From Hypanus sabinus (lineage: Eukaryota), in NCBI RefSeq assembly GCF_030144855.1, contig NC_082728.1, forward strand, positions 33,232,001 to 33,296,000: 64,000 nt of DNA, in the 5' to 3' direction. The number at the start of each line of letters is the position of its first letter. Within the stretch, counting starts at the first letter, position 1. Shown here piece by piece: positions 23,630 to 35,415 of the stretch. The position numbers were made by a program, and so were the translations under genes. The notes below the pieces were generated by a model. The model did not search any database. It had not been told where the DNA came from and saw only the letters and a list, made by a program, of their open reading frames with translations.

Positions 23630-24360
23630 GATAAGCGGCGTGAGAGAGGAATCCCTTTAAATCACACACCCGGACTGAAAATACACACAGCAGCCGGGAT
23701 CTTGCCTGAAAAGGAAAGCTCCGCAGAGTAGCGATAAAGAATAGAAAGAAAGCGTCACTTTTCTGTTGCGCTCCCCGTTCCCCTGAACTCTGGGTCACCT
23801 GGAGAGGGGTCCCAAAAGCTGACGAAAGGGCTGATTTCAGAGAGGGCACCAAGCGCCATTAGGTGTATTGCAGCTGCTACGCGCTTCATTTAAGTTTGTT
23901 ATGAACCCTGTCCCAAGTCCAACAAGTTAATCTCGATCTGACACGTTGACAATTCCTTCCCCTCCGAACCGACCCCCGAAGTTCCTCCAGCAGTTCGCTT
24001 GTTGCTTAAGCGCCCAGCATTAACCCTTTCTTGTGCCTGAAACAAGCAGTTTATTCTGTCGAAGCGTTGCCGAGAGAGAAATGACCACTAACCGTCAACA
24101 AGGAGATGGTGTGTCCCGTAGTCCTGCAGACTTCACGCTGTTAATGCTCGTAGACAATATCCATTCTGACTGATAACGATGGGACTTCACATTCCCATTA
24201 AAACCAGGGCGGGGGAAGACCGCTTCAACTCTTCTGCACCACTCGCTAAATTAGCGTCCTGGTAGTTTCTCTTTCGCTGCAGAGAATCCGGAACAATTGG
24301 TAATTATAAATTCTTGCAAAGGAAAACAAATCATTCTCGGCGCAATCTGTAATCCGCCAC
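23630..24360 (-). promoter_or_regulatory. CpG-enriched candidate promoter/first exon of the B7-family gene
   Basis: Locally high CpG in non-repeat DNA; GC box GGGCGG at 24207; candidate donor CAG|gtgacc at 23799; IRF motifs. Confidence 0.5.
24264..24277 (+). promoter_or_regulatory. ISRE (IRF/ISGF3 site)
   Basis: AGTTTCTCTTTCGC is an exact match to AGTTTCNNTTTCNC. Confidence 0.6.
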
Positions 24361-24741
24361 TCAGAGACTTGATAAACTATCTTGTCGAAAGTATAAGTTT
24401 TGAACAATCCAAGTTATTGAAATAGTATTAAATGAGAATAATTTCAAAGAAGCATAACTACTTCTAACTTGTTAAATATGAAGTAATCTAATCAAACACA
24501 AAGTTCTCAGCAGCCTATTAATCACATTGCATTAGGGCTCAGCAATCACTTATTGGGTTGGGGAGCTTGGGTAAACCCCCGCTACACTAGCTACTTCACA
24601 CAGTGCGGACCAGCACAGCTCAGCTGTCCTGACGTCTGTAGTTAAACAGGAGAAAGATGTGTCTCTGCTCTCAGAAATAGCGCAATATTCCTTTCACATG
24701 AACTGCTCAGACAGATGGTATGACCACATTAATGGGACTTT

Positions 24742-27018
24742 ATAGACAGTAGACAATAGACAATAGGTGCAGAAGTAGACCATTCGGCCCTTCGAGCCTG
24801 CACCGCCATTCGGAGATCATGGCTGATCATCTACTATCAATACGTGGTTCCTGCCTTGTCCCCATATCCCTTGATTCCCCTATCCATAAGATACCTGTCT
24901 AGCTCCTTCTTGAAAGCATCCAGAGAATTGGCCTCCACTGCCTTCTGAGGCAGTGCATTCCACCCCCCCCCCCCACACAACTCTCTGGGAGAAGAAGATT
25001 TTCCTTAACTCTGTCCTAAATGACCTACCCCTTATTCTTAAACCATGCCCTCTGGTATTGGACTCTCCCAGCATCTGTAACATATTTCCTGCCTCTATCT
25101 TGTCCAGTCCCTTAATAATCTTATATGTTGCAATCAGATCCCATCTCAATCTCCTTAATTCCAGCGTGTACAAGCCCAGTCTCCCTAACCTCTCTGCGTA
25201 AGACAGTCCAGACATCCCAAGAATTAACCTCGTGAACCTACGCTGCACTTCCTCTACAGCCAGGATGTCCTTCCTTAACCCTGGAGACCAAAACTATACA
25301 CAATACTCCAGGTGTGGTCTCACCAGGGCTCTGTACAAATGCAAGAGGATTTCCTTTCTCTTGTACTCAATTCCCTTTGTAATACAGGCCAACATTTCAT
25401 TAGCCTTCTTCACTGCCTGCTGCACTTGCTCATTCACCTTCAGTGACTGATGAACAAGGACTCCTAGATCTCTTTGTATTTCTCCCTTACCTAACTCTAA
25501 ACCGTTCAGATAATAATCTGCCTTCCTGTTCTTACTCCCAAAGTGGATAACTTCACACTTATTCACATTAAACATCATCTGCCAAGTATCTGCCCACTTA
25601 CCCAGTCTATCCAAGTCACCCTGAATTCTCCTAACATCCTCATCACATGTCACACTGCCACCCAGCTTAGTATCATCAGCAAACTTGCTGATGTTATTCT
25701 CAATGCCTTCACCTAAATTGTTGATATAAATCGTAAACAGCTGTGGTCCCAATATCGAGCCCTGTGGCACCCCACTAGTCACCACCTGCCATTCCGAGAA
25801 ACACCCATTCACTGCTACCCTTTGCTTTCTATCTGCCAACCAGTTTTCTATCCATGTCAATATCTTCCCCCCAATGCCATGAGCTCTGATTTTACCCACC
25901 AATCTCCTATGTGGGACCTTATCAAATGCCTTCTGAAAATCGAGGTACACTACATCCACTGGATCTCCCTTGTCTAACTTCCTGGTTACAACCTCGAAAA
26001 TCTCCAATAGATTAGTTAAGCATGATTTGCCCTTGGTAAATCCATGCTGGCTCGGCCCAATCCTATCACTGCTATCTAGATATGCCACTATTTCATCTTT
26101 AATAATGGACTCTAGCATCTTTCCCACCACCGGTGTCAGGCTGAAAGGTCAATAGTTCTCTGTTTTCTCCCTCACTCCTTTCTTAAAAGGTGGGATAACA
26201 TTAGCCATTCTCCAATCCTCAGGAACTGATCCTGAATCTAAGGAACATTGAAAAATGATTACCAATGCATCCACAATTTCCAGAGCCACCTCCTTTAGTA
26301 CCCTAGGATGCAGACCATCTGGACCTGGGGATTTGTCAGCCTTCAGTCCCATCAGTCTACTCGTCACTGTTTCCTTCCTAATGTCAATATGTTTAATTTC
26401 CTCTGTTACCCTATGTCCTTGGCTCATCCATACATCTGGGAGATTGCGTGTGTCTTCCCGAGTGAAGACAGATCTAAAGTACTTATTAAATTCTTCTGCC
26501 ATTTCTCTGTTTCCCATAACAATTCCACCCAATTCATTCTTCAAGGGCCCAACATTGTTCTTAACTATCTTCTTTCTCTTCACATACCTAAAAAAGCTTT
26601 TGCTATCCTCCTTTATATTCCTGGCTAGCTTGCATTTGTACCTCATTTTTTCTCCCCGTATTGCCTTTATAGTTAAGTTCTGTTGTTCCTTAAAAATTTT
26701 CCAATCATCTGTCTTCCCACTCACCTTAGCTCTGTCATACTTCTTTTTTTCTAATACTATGCAATCTCTGACTTCCTTTGTCAACCACTGTGGCTCCTTC
26801 CCCCCTTTGAATTCTTCCTTCTCTGGGGGATGAACTGATTTTGCACCTTGTGCATTATTCCCAAGAATACCTGCCATTGCTGTTCCACTGTCTTTTCTGC
26901 TAGGATATCCGTCCATTTAACTTTGGCCAGCTCCTCCCTCATGGGTCCATAGTCTCCTTTGTTCAACTGCAACACTGACACCTCCAATCTGCCCTTATCC
27001 TTCTCAAATTGCAGATTT
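24742..27018 (-). mobile_element. Relatively young 5'-truncated CR1 (ORF2 RT, few disablements)
   Basis: ORFs 26149..26916, 25294..26130 and 24880..25248; (TAGACAA)n tail at 24744-24765. Confidence 0.93.
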
Positions 27019-27029
27019 ATTATAGAACA

Positions 27030-29410
27030 CTCAACAGTCCATGGGATTTAGAGGAAGAAGTTCATAGAGAGGTCACAGACAGTTGCAAGTAACAAGGTTG
27101 TGATAATAGGTAATTTAAACTTTCCACATATTTAATTGGTACATCGAAGTCCCAACTGTGCGTTACTACATCACCTATTAGGGAGTGATCAGTGCGGGTG
27201 ACAGAAATTTGTATAGAGAAACATGTTGTATCTAGTGTTCCTAATGACATCAGTTTCAAGGTAATTAATGGAAAAGCATTGGTCTGATCCTTGGGTTGAG
27301 ATTACAAACTGGAGAAAGGCCAATTTAGATGGTATCAGAACGAATCTGGCAAGTGTGGTAGGGACAGGCTGTTTTCTGACAAATTGTATACTTGGTAAGT
27401 GAGTGGCCTTCAAAAGTGAAATTTTGAGAGGAGAGTTTGTATGTTCCTGTCAGAATAAAATGCGAGGATAACAGCTTTAGGGAACCATGATTTTCTTGAG
27501 ATATTGAGCCCCAGGTAAAGATAAACAAGGAGGTACATAACAGACATAGGCAGGCAGGAACAAGGGAGATACTTGAGGAGTATAAGAAATGCAAAAGAAC
27601 ACTTAAGAAGGAAATTGGAGGGCTAAAAAGGACATGAAATTGCTCAAGCACACAAGGTGAAGGAGAATCCTGAGGGTGTCTATAGATATATTAAGAGCAA
27701 AAGGATCACAATGAACAAGATCAGAGTGGTAATCTATGTATGGAGCTGAAAGAGATGGGGGAGAATGTAAATGGAGTTTTTGAATCTGTATTTACTCAGA
27801 AGAGGGACACAAGGTCTATATAAGTTCATCAATGCAGCTGTGAGGCTACGCACTCTATACAGATAACAGAGGAGGAGGAGTCATGAGGCAAATTAAGATG
27901 GGTGAATCCCCAGGGCCTGACAAGGGAGGCCAGTGCAGAAACTGCAAGGGCCCTAGCTGAGACATTTAAACATCCTTAGTCACAGGTGAGGCGCTGGAGG
28001 ATTGGATAATAGCTAATGTTTTTCTGTTGTTTAAGAAAGGCTCTAAGAATATGATAGGGAATTAGATGCTGGTGAACCTGACGTCAGTAGTAGGAAAGAT
28101 ATTGGAAGGTATTCTGAGGGGTACCCTCAATATAAGTATTTGGATAGACAAGGACCGATTAGGAATAGTCAGCATGGCTTTGTGCATGGCAGGTCATGTC
28201 TAACCAATCTTACTTAAAGAATTTTTCGAGTAAGTTACCAGGAAAGTTGATGAAGGCAAAGCAAACCCTTTGACAAGGTCCTACATGGGAGGTTGGTCAA
28301 GAAGCTTGAATCACTTGCCATTCAAGATGAGGTAGTAAATTGGATTCAACATTATCTTTGCAGGAGAAGTCAGAGAGTGCTAGTAGATGGTTGCCTCTCT
28401 GACTCGAGGCCTGTGACCAGTGGACTGCCACTGGGACTGGTGCTGGGTCCATCGTTGTTTGTCATCTATATCAATGAACTGAATGATAATGTGGCAAATT
28501 GGATCATAAAATTTGCGATGGCACCAAAATTGCCAGTGTAGTGGAAAGCAAGGAATACTATCAAAGTTTGGAGTGGGACCAGGACCAGCTGGAAGAGTGA
28601 GTTGCAAAATGGCAGATGGAATTTAATACAGACAAGTGTGAGGTGTTGAACTTTGGGAAGTTCAAGCAGTGTTGGTCTTACACAGTGAGTGGCAGGACAG
28701 AGAGGAGTATAATAAAATAGTGAGATTTGGGAATACAGATTCATAATTCCTTGAATTCCTTTTCAAACGTTGATAAGGTCATAAATAAACATTTTGGAAC
28801 ATTGTCCTTCATAAATCAACACATTAGTGCAGGAGTTGAGAGGTAATGTTGAAATTGTATAAGATGTTGGTGACACCTAATTTGGTGTAATGTGTGTTGA
28901 TTTGGTCATCTACCCAAAGGAATACTGTAAATAAGGCTGAAAGAGTACAGAGAAAATTTACATAGATGTTACGGGGACTTGAGGATCTGGGTTATATGGA
29001 AAGGTTGAATAGGTTAGGATGTTATTCCTTAGAACACAGAAGGTTGAGAGGAGATTTGATAGAGGTGTACAAAATTATGAGGGGTATAGCTAGGGTAAAT
29101 GCAAGCAGGCTTTTTCAGCTGAGGTTGGGTGAGATGAGAACTAAAGAACATGGGCTAAGGGTGAAAGGTGAAAGGTTTAAAGGGAACATGAGAGGGAGCT
29201 GCTTCACTCAAAGGGTGGTGAGATTGTGGAGTGAGCTGCCAGTGCAAGTGATGGATGGGGCATTGATTACACCATTTTACATAAATTTGGATAAGTACAT
29301 GGATGGAAGGGGTATAGAGGACTGTGGGTTAATGGGGCTAGGGAAACTAATAGTTCAGCGTGGACTAGATGGGCCGAAGGGCCTGTTTCTGTGCTGTAGT
29401 GTTTTATGTG
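27030..29410 (+). mobile_element. Older CR1 ORF2 and 3' end, head-to-head with the previous copy
   Basis: Endonuclease end through RT (QHGFVHGRSCLTNL) to RRLRGDLIEVYKIMRG. Confidence 0.85.
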
Positions 29411-32400
29411 TCTATGCTCCATGTAGATCACAGGAAATGAAATGCATCAGTCAAGGCTGCATTGTGGAGGGCGTTGGGATGTAAGAAATTCATCCGTGAT
29501 CTTACTGATTAAGGGAGCACACTGGAGGAACACCTAGCCTATTATTTTTTGTAAGCTTTTCCTGTGTTGGTAGTTTATGTGTTTGGTAGTGAGGACTCCT
29601 AAAAGGAGATTTGCTGGAATCCTTAAGATTGGGCAAACATTGATTGGGAGCTCAGGTTGTTTGAACTGCATTACACAGGACGGCCATGAACAGATCACTT
29701 GCTAAGTACCGTGCAGAAGAAAACACTAGGCAGTGTTTCCTTACCCATGGATAAATTACTCATGGATAATTTATCCTAAACCAGAAGAGAATTTGAATCA
29801 CCATTGTGAGTCCAGGGCAGATGGAACCAAGATTCTTGCATTATAAACATCCCAGAGCACATGAACTATTTCACTGAGTAACTTTGAATAGAACTAAAAA
29901 TTTAAGTAAACAGCAACTCTTCTAAATTATTGGTTATGGAAAAGTCCTGGATGAAGTTGATTAGACTTGAAGCTGAGATTACTGACATTGCAATTGTTAG
30001 TTATATTTGACATAAAGTTCTCAGAGGTTTCAGTTGCAATGGAGTATCACAAATAATTTTTTTAAATAGTTCACTTTTCAAAATAAATTTATTATCAAAT
30101 TATTTTATATCACCATATGCTGCCTTGAAATTCATATTCTTGAAGGCATTCACTTTAAAACAAAAACTGTTGTATAACAGAATCAATGAAAAACTACACA
30201 TAAAGATTTACAAACAAAGAATGTACAAAAGAAGACAAATGGCAAAAATAAAAAAAGATTATAATGAATAAATAATACTGAGAACAGGAATTGGAGAGTT
30301 CTTGAAAGTGCGCCCATAGGTTGAGAGAAGTTATCCACACAGATTCAGGAGCCTGATGGTTGTAGGGTAATCCCTATTCCTGAACCTGTTGCTGCTGGAC
30401 CTATAGCTCTTGTACCTCCTTCCCATTGTCAACATAAAGAAGTGAGCATAGGCTGGACAGTGCAGATGATTAATGATGGCTGTGGTTTTTTTGTGGCAGT
30501 GCTACTTGTCGATGTGCTCAGTGGTGGGGAGAGCTTAGCCTGTGATGTATTAGGCTGTTATCCAACACTTTTTGCAGACTTTTCTGTTCTTGTAACTGAT
30601 TTTGTCATCCTTGCTTCTTCGTCAATAGGGTCTGAGTTAATTTCAGCACTCAGGATGAAAAGCCAAATGTGACATTTACACCACATAACCTCCTGCAGAG
30701 ATCCTCTCAGTAATTCCAAGTGCTCTACTGTCAACACTGATCAGAACATCAGAGATTTAAGACATAGCAGATGTTGGAATCTTAAGCAAAAACAAACCTC
30801 TGGAGGAAGTCAGTGAGTGAAGCTGCTTGACCCCATGAGTTCATCGGCAGATTTCTTTCTGATGAACACCTCGTCTGGATAAATCACTGGAGAGATGATT
30901 ATCAAAGCAGATCAAAGAGCAGAGGGCTTAGTATTTAATTTAAAGCTGGTAAATTTTTGAGAGCAGTAATTGGGAACAGATGTACTCTGGGAAATTTATA
31001 TTGGAAATATGGAGCTTGCATAAGGGGTATTTGCATGGGCTTCTGGATTAATTTTCTTGTTGAGACAAGGAAAGATTGGAAGGGAGAAGGAACTATAATT
31101 GACATGAGAGGTGGAGCATCTAGTCAAGAATTTTAGCAAGCAAAGATCAGATTTGGACACCCTTTATTCAGACAAGAGTCTTGAGAGTTACAAGGTAACA
31201 AGGAAAGAACAAAATAAACATAAGAGAGCTAAAAATGGACGTGAGAAAGCCTTGATGAATAGGATTAAGAAAAACCTTAAGGCTTCTACACATATATGAA
31301 GAACAGGAAGGTGAATACTTTGTTATAGGTCTTCAGAGATCTGTAACTGCTCCCTGATGTTAGTGAGGAGAATAAGTCATGCCCTCATGGTGAATGATGG
31401 ATGCCACGTTCTTAAATAACTGCCTTTTGAAGATGTCCTCAATAGCTGGGAGGGTTGTGCCTCTATCTGGAAATTTATTCAAGAGGGAGCAGTGTACATG
31501 AGAACAGTTTCTGTGGTGCCACAGAAAACAAGTGGCAGCTGTGAAAAGAGAGAATGAACAGCCGAAATACCTAACCACAAACCACAGCCACCATTTACTT
31601 TTGCCTACATTGCTCCGGAATAAGTGATTCCTTTATCAGCCTCTACAGCCATCTGAGGACCCAAAAATAGGCAACCCCTTGGAGAACATCATATTCAACT
31701 CAAGTGATTGCACTACTACTATGGATAGTAATCAATTTTGACTTTACTTTAGTGTAGGTAACAGGAGACAAATGATTGGAAATAAATTAGATTTGGACCC
31801 CCTTTATCCATAGATTTAAAACAAATTGAGAATGTGTTACCTGTAGGTTTTGATGGGAATAAATGCAGAACTTATTGCTAAAATCTTTACCAGCATGTCA
31901 ACTGTTTGACCTGTTTACTTGTTATACATTCTATGTTTTTTCTGGCTTTAGTGTTTGTAGATTTACATTCAGATCAGCTTCATTCAACAATATTTACCAT
32001 TGCTAAACAGGTCTAGGCACTTAGCTTATGGAAATTCCATCATTCTTTCCGTAGATCTGATCTGATGTTTCTCTTTTACATTCCTCTGATAAATTTATGT
32101 AATGCTGGTTACAAAATATTGCTATCGTTCTCTGAGTGGGTATGAATATCAAAATGATCTTACTAATAGTCATTTCTATTGATCGTGCATAGAGATTGCA
32201 AGTACAAATTCAGCTTTGTTACATGGTGAATAAAAATGTTTATCAAAAAGGCATAACTTTTTGGAGCTTTACTTCTTCATGGAAAAACAAAACTTCAGAC
32301 AAAATATGTTAATTTCTTTGAAATTCACTAATGTTAGGAAAATTGTTATTTAACAATAGTTAATGCATACATATGCAAGCTATCACAACTGAAATGAAAA

Positions 32401-32514
32401 AATTAATTAACAAAAACCAGTTTTGTTTTCATGACACTTTGAACCAGATTGTTCATGGCCTTGCATCATATTGAATTCTGCATGTTGCAGATCAAATGTT
32501 AACTGCATCATTAC

Positions 32515-32622
32515 CTTCAACTCCTTTGCCTTGCCTGCTTCTGGTCTGCTTAAACCACGTGTTGAAATTTCCACCTTTATTACTTTTACACTGTGTTTCT
32601 TGGTTGATATCCCTAATGCCAC
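32515..32622 (-). other. Exon-like 108-bp open segment (GGIRDINQETQCKSNKGGNFNTWFKQTRSRQGKGVEG)
   Basis: ttgcctattag| ... G|gtaatg, symmetric phase 1-1, no stop; no homology recognised. Confidence 0.25.
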
Positions 32623-32983
32623 CTAATAGGCAAACATGGTTTTATCTCATATCCTACCAACATATTTTAAAATCTCTACTCAGTCTGGACTTACTTAAAT
32701 TCTATAAATCGTTTCGGCCCAAAACGTCGACAGTGTTTCTCCCTATAGGTGCTGCCTGGCCTGCTGTGTTCCGCCAGCATTTTGTGTGTGTTGTTGTTTA
32801 ACTAATCCTTCCTTTTTTGTCTTCTTGAAAAGTCTGTTGCAAACCTGCATATTTACAGAAAATTTTCATCTGCTGTTGTAAAATATTTTTGTATTTAAGG
32901 GTGTTAAGTTTTGTTTAATAACACTGTTCCAGGGGAAGCTGGAGTCACTTCAATATGTTAAAGGATGAATATACTTAAAAGTA

Positions 32984-33175
32984 ACACAGACAAATGCTGG
33001 CGGAACTCAGCAAGTCAGGCAGCATCTGTGGAGGGAAATAAACAGTCAATGTTTCAGTTCAAAAGACACCTTACCAGGAGTCCTGATGAACGGTCTTTGC
33101 CCAAAATGTTGACTATTTATTTCCCACTATAGATGCTGCTTGAGTTGCTGAGTTCCTCCAGCATATTATGCATGT
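32984..33175. repeat. Inverted repeat built from two Penelope pLTR-derived arms
   Basis: Arms at about 32984-33056 and 33104-33175, roughly 80% complementary by eye; hammerhead core in the loop. Confidence 0.75.
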
Positions 33176-33624
33176 TGCTCAAAATTTCCACCATCTGCAG
33201 GATCTCTTGTGTCTGTAATATTCTGTGGTTACAATTTGCTGTGCTTGTTTCTATCCTTAATATGGTTTGCATATGGAAGCAAACAAGCATAGATTTTAAA
33301 TAGCGATTTCCAAAACACGTACAAAAATGAAAATACTGCTGATAAAATCATTAATTCTATCTCATTAAAATTAAAACAGGAAATAACTCTTAGAAGCTTC
33401 AATCATCAGGAAGCAAAGGACATAAAATTAATTGATAGCATTTTCATTCTAGAGGCATGGTCTAATAACACAGGTTATATCCCACTGAAGGAATTGGAAA
33501 AATTAATTGCGATTCATTATATAAAAAGTTACTAATGTGCTGATACAAGTGAAATTATCTGGCTCGCTTGCATCTTTTACTAAAGGATATTTGACATCTT
33601 TTTCTGTATTTATTTATGACAAAA

Positions 33625-34017
33625 GACCCACAATACGTCATCTTTCTGTCAGTGTAAGCCAGACTGGTCATTCTCCTCCGACCTCTCTCGTTCACTCACA
33701 AAACTGCGATTCACTGGATTTTTTTTTTGTTTTCCTCAACATTCTCTGTAAACTCTGCTGACTGTTGTACATGGAAATCACGGGAGATCAGCAGTTTCTG
33801 AGATACTCAAAGCCACCCCATCTGGCACCAACAATCATTCCACGGTCAGCCACTTTCTTCCCCATTCTGATGTTTGGTCTGAATAGCAACTAAACCTCTT
33901 CATCATATCTGCATGCTTTTAGCACTGAGTTGCTTGCTACCACATGATTAGCTGATTAGATATTTGCATTAATGAGCAGTGTACAGGTTTACCTGATAAA
34001 GTGGCTTCTGAGTGTAT
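33625..34017 (-). mobile_element. Tc1-derived non-autonomous element
   Basis: Terminal acctgataaagtggcttctgagtgta; GMIVGAR...SISETADL...TTVSRVYRE paired-HTH remnant. Confidence 0.75.
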
Positions 34018-34759
34018 GTTTCGTGATGCATTTCCTCTGTGAATTTCTAATTAAACAGTTCAAATGTATTGGCTTCAATGCCAAGTTAAGATTTAAACTT
34101 TGGAGCTAGCACTACCAAATATATTTAGATTTGCCACAGTAATTGGGAAAATTTTGCAATATAAACTTTAATATCAAGTATTGCTTCTCCAAAATTAACG
34201 TTCTCCTGCTATTGATTAACATAAACTATGGTTAAGTAGGAGAATAGCATGGTGTTGCTCTGAGGAGAAGCATTTCGCAAGACATAGATGACAGCTTCTG
34301 AAAAGGTACTGATTAAGAGGAATCAGTAGGTAAACTGACCTTATCCCACGAGAAGCATGACTCTGGGAGAATTAGCCAAAGTTATCACGTTGCTCAGTGG
34401 AGTGGATAAGGTCCTTTGCCATACTTGGCATTGACTTAAGTTATATGCTTGGAACCTTCATAAAACATTGGTTGATGTCATTCCAAGAATCACATAGAAG
34501 CAGTAATCAGTAGATATTTTGCTTGCTGAGAGCTGCAGTGGAGGGATGGCGATGGTGGTAAGGAATAGAGGCTAACTGAACCCATATTGATAGATGCCCC
34601 AATAACTAACCATTATTGAAAGCTAGCCAGCAATAAATGGAATATTAAAATAGATGCACTACAGATGAAGACTTTGTCATTACATTAGCCATTGTATCAC
34701 ACAATAAATGAATCCATGTAGATCTGGCTAATACTGTACTACTATCCATTAATTGCCCA

Positions 34760-35415
34760 GCAAAAAATAAATAGCATCTCCTTCTTGCTGACAGTCAACA
34801 CTGGCATACCCCAAGGATGAGTGTTTAGCCCACTGCTCTACTCTCCCTACACCCACGATCAAACAGCATCTATAAGTTTGCCAGTGACACAACCATTGTC
34901 GGCAAAATTTCAGATGGTGGCAAGGAGGTGTTCAGGAGTGAGAGAGAGATCAGCTGGCTGTGTGCTGTCGTAACAACAACCATGCACACAGTGCCAGTAA
35001 TATCAAGAATTGATTGTGAACTTCAAGAAGAAGAAGTTGAAGATCATACACCAGTTCTCACTGAGGGATGAGTAATGGAAAGGGTGAGGAGTTTCAAGTT
35101 CCTGGGTGTCAACATCCCTGAAGATTTATCCTGGAACCAACATATCAATGACAAAGAATGCACAGGAGTAGCTATATTTCATTAGGAGTTTGAGGAAACT
35201 TGGCATGTCACCAAAGATTCTAGCAAATGTTCACAGCTTCTTCACTCCACCCTCAGATTTCTGAATGGACTATGACCCCCATGTACTCCTCCTCACCATT
35301 TTTGCTCTTTTTTTGTGAATTGCTTACAGAATTTATTTTAATTATATGTACTGCTATCACAAAATAGCAAATTCCATGACATACGCCAGAGATTTTAAAC
35401 CTGACTCTGATTCAC
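34760..35415 (+). mobile_element. Degraded Rex1/Babar-like LINE 3' fragment
   Basis: TGIPQG..FSPLLYSPYTHD-like RT remnant. Confidence 0.6.

Noticed and set aside
26255-26833. 192-aa plus-strand ORF and similar ORFs opposite LINE RTs (42693..43130, 37053..37415)
   Set aside because: Antisense frames of CR1/Rex1 reverse transcriptase; no independent motifs
29726-29742. CAGTGT loop resembling an iron-responsive element
   Set aside because: The flanking five bases (CTAGG / TTCCT) do not pair, so the IRE stem cannot form
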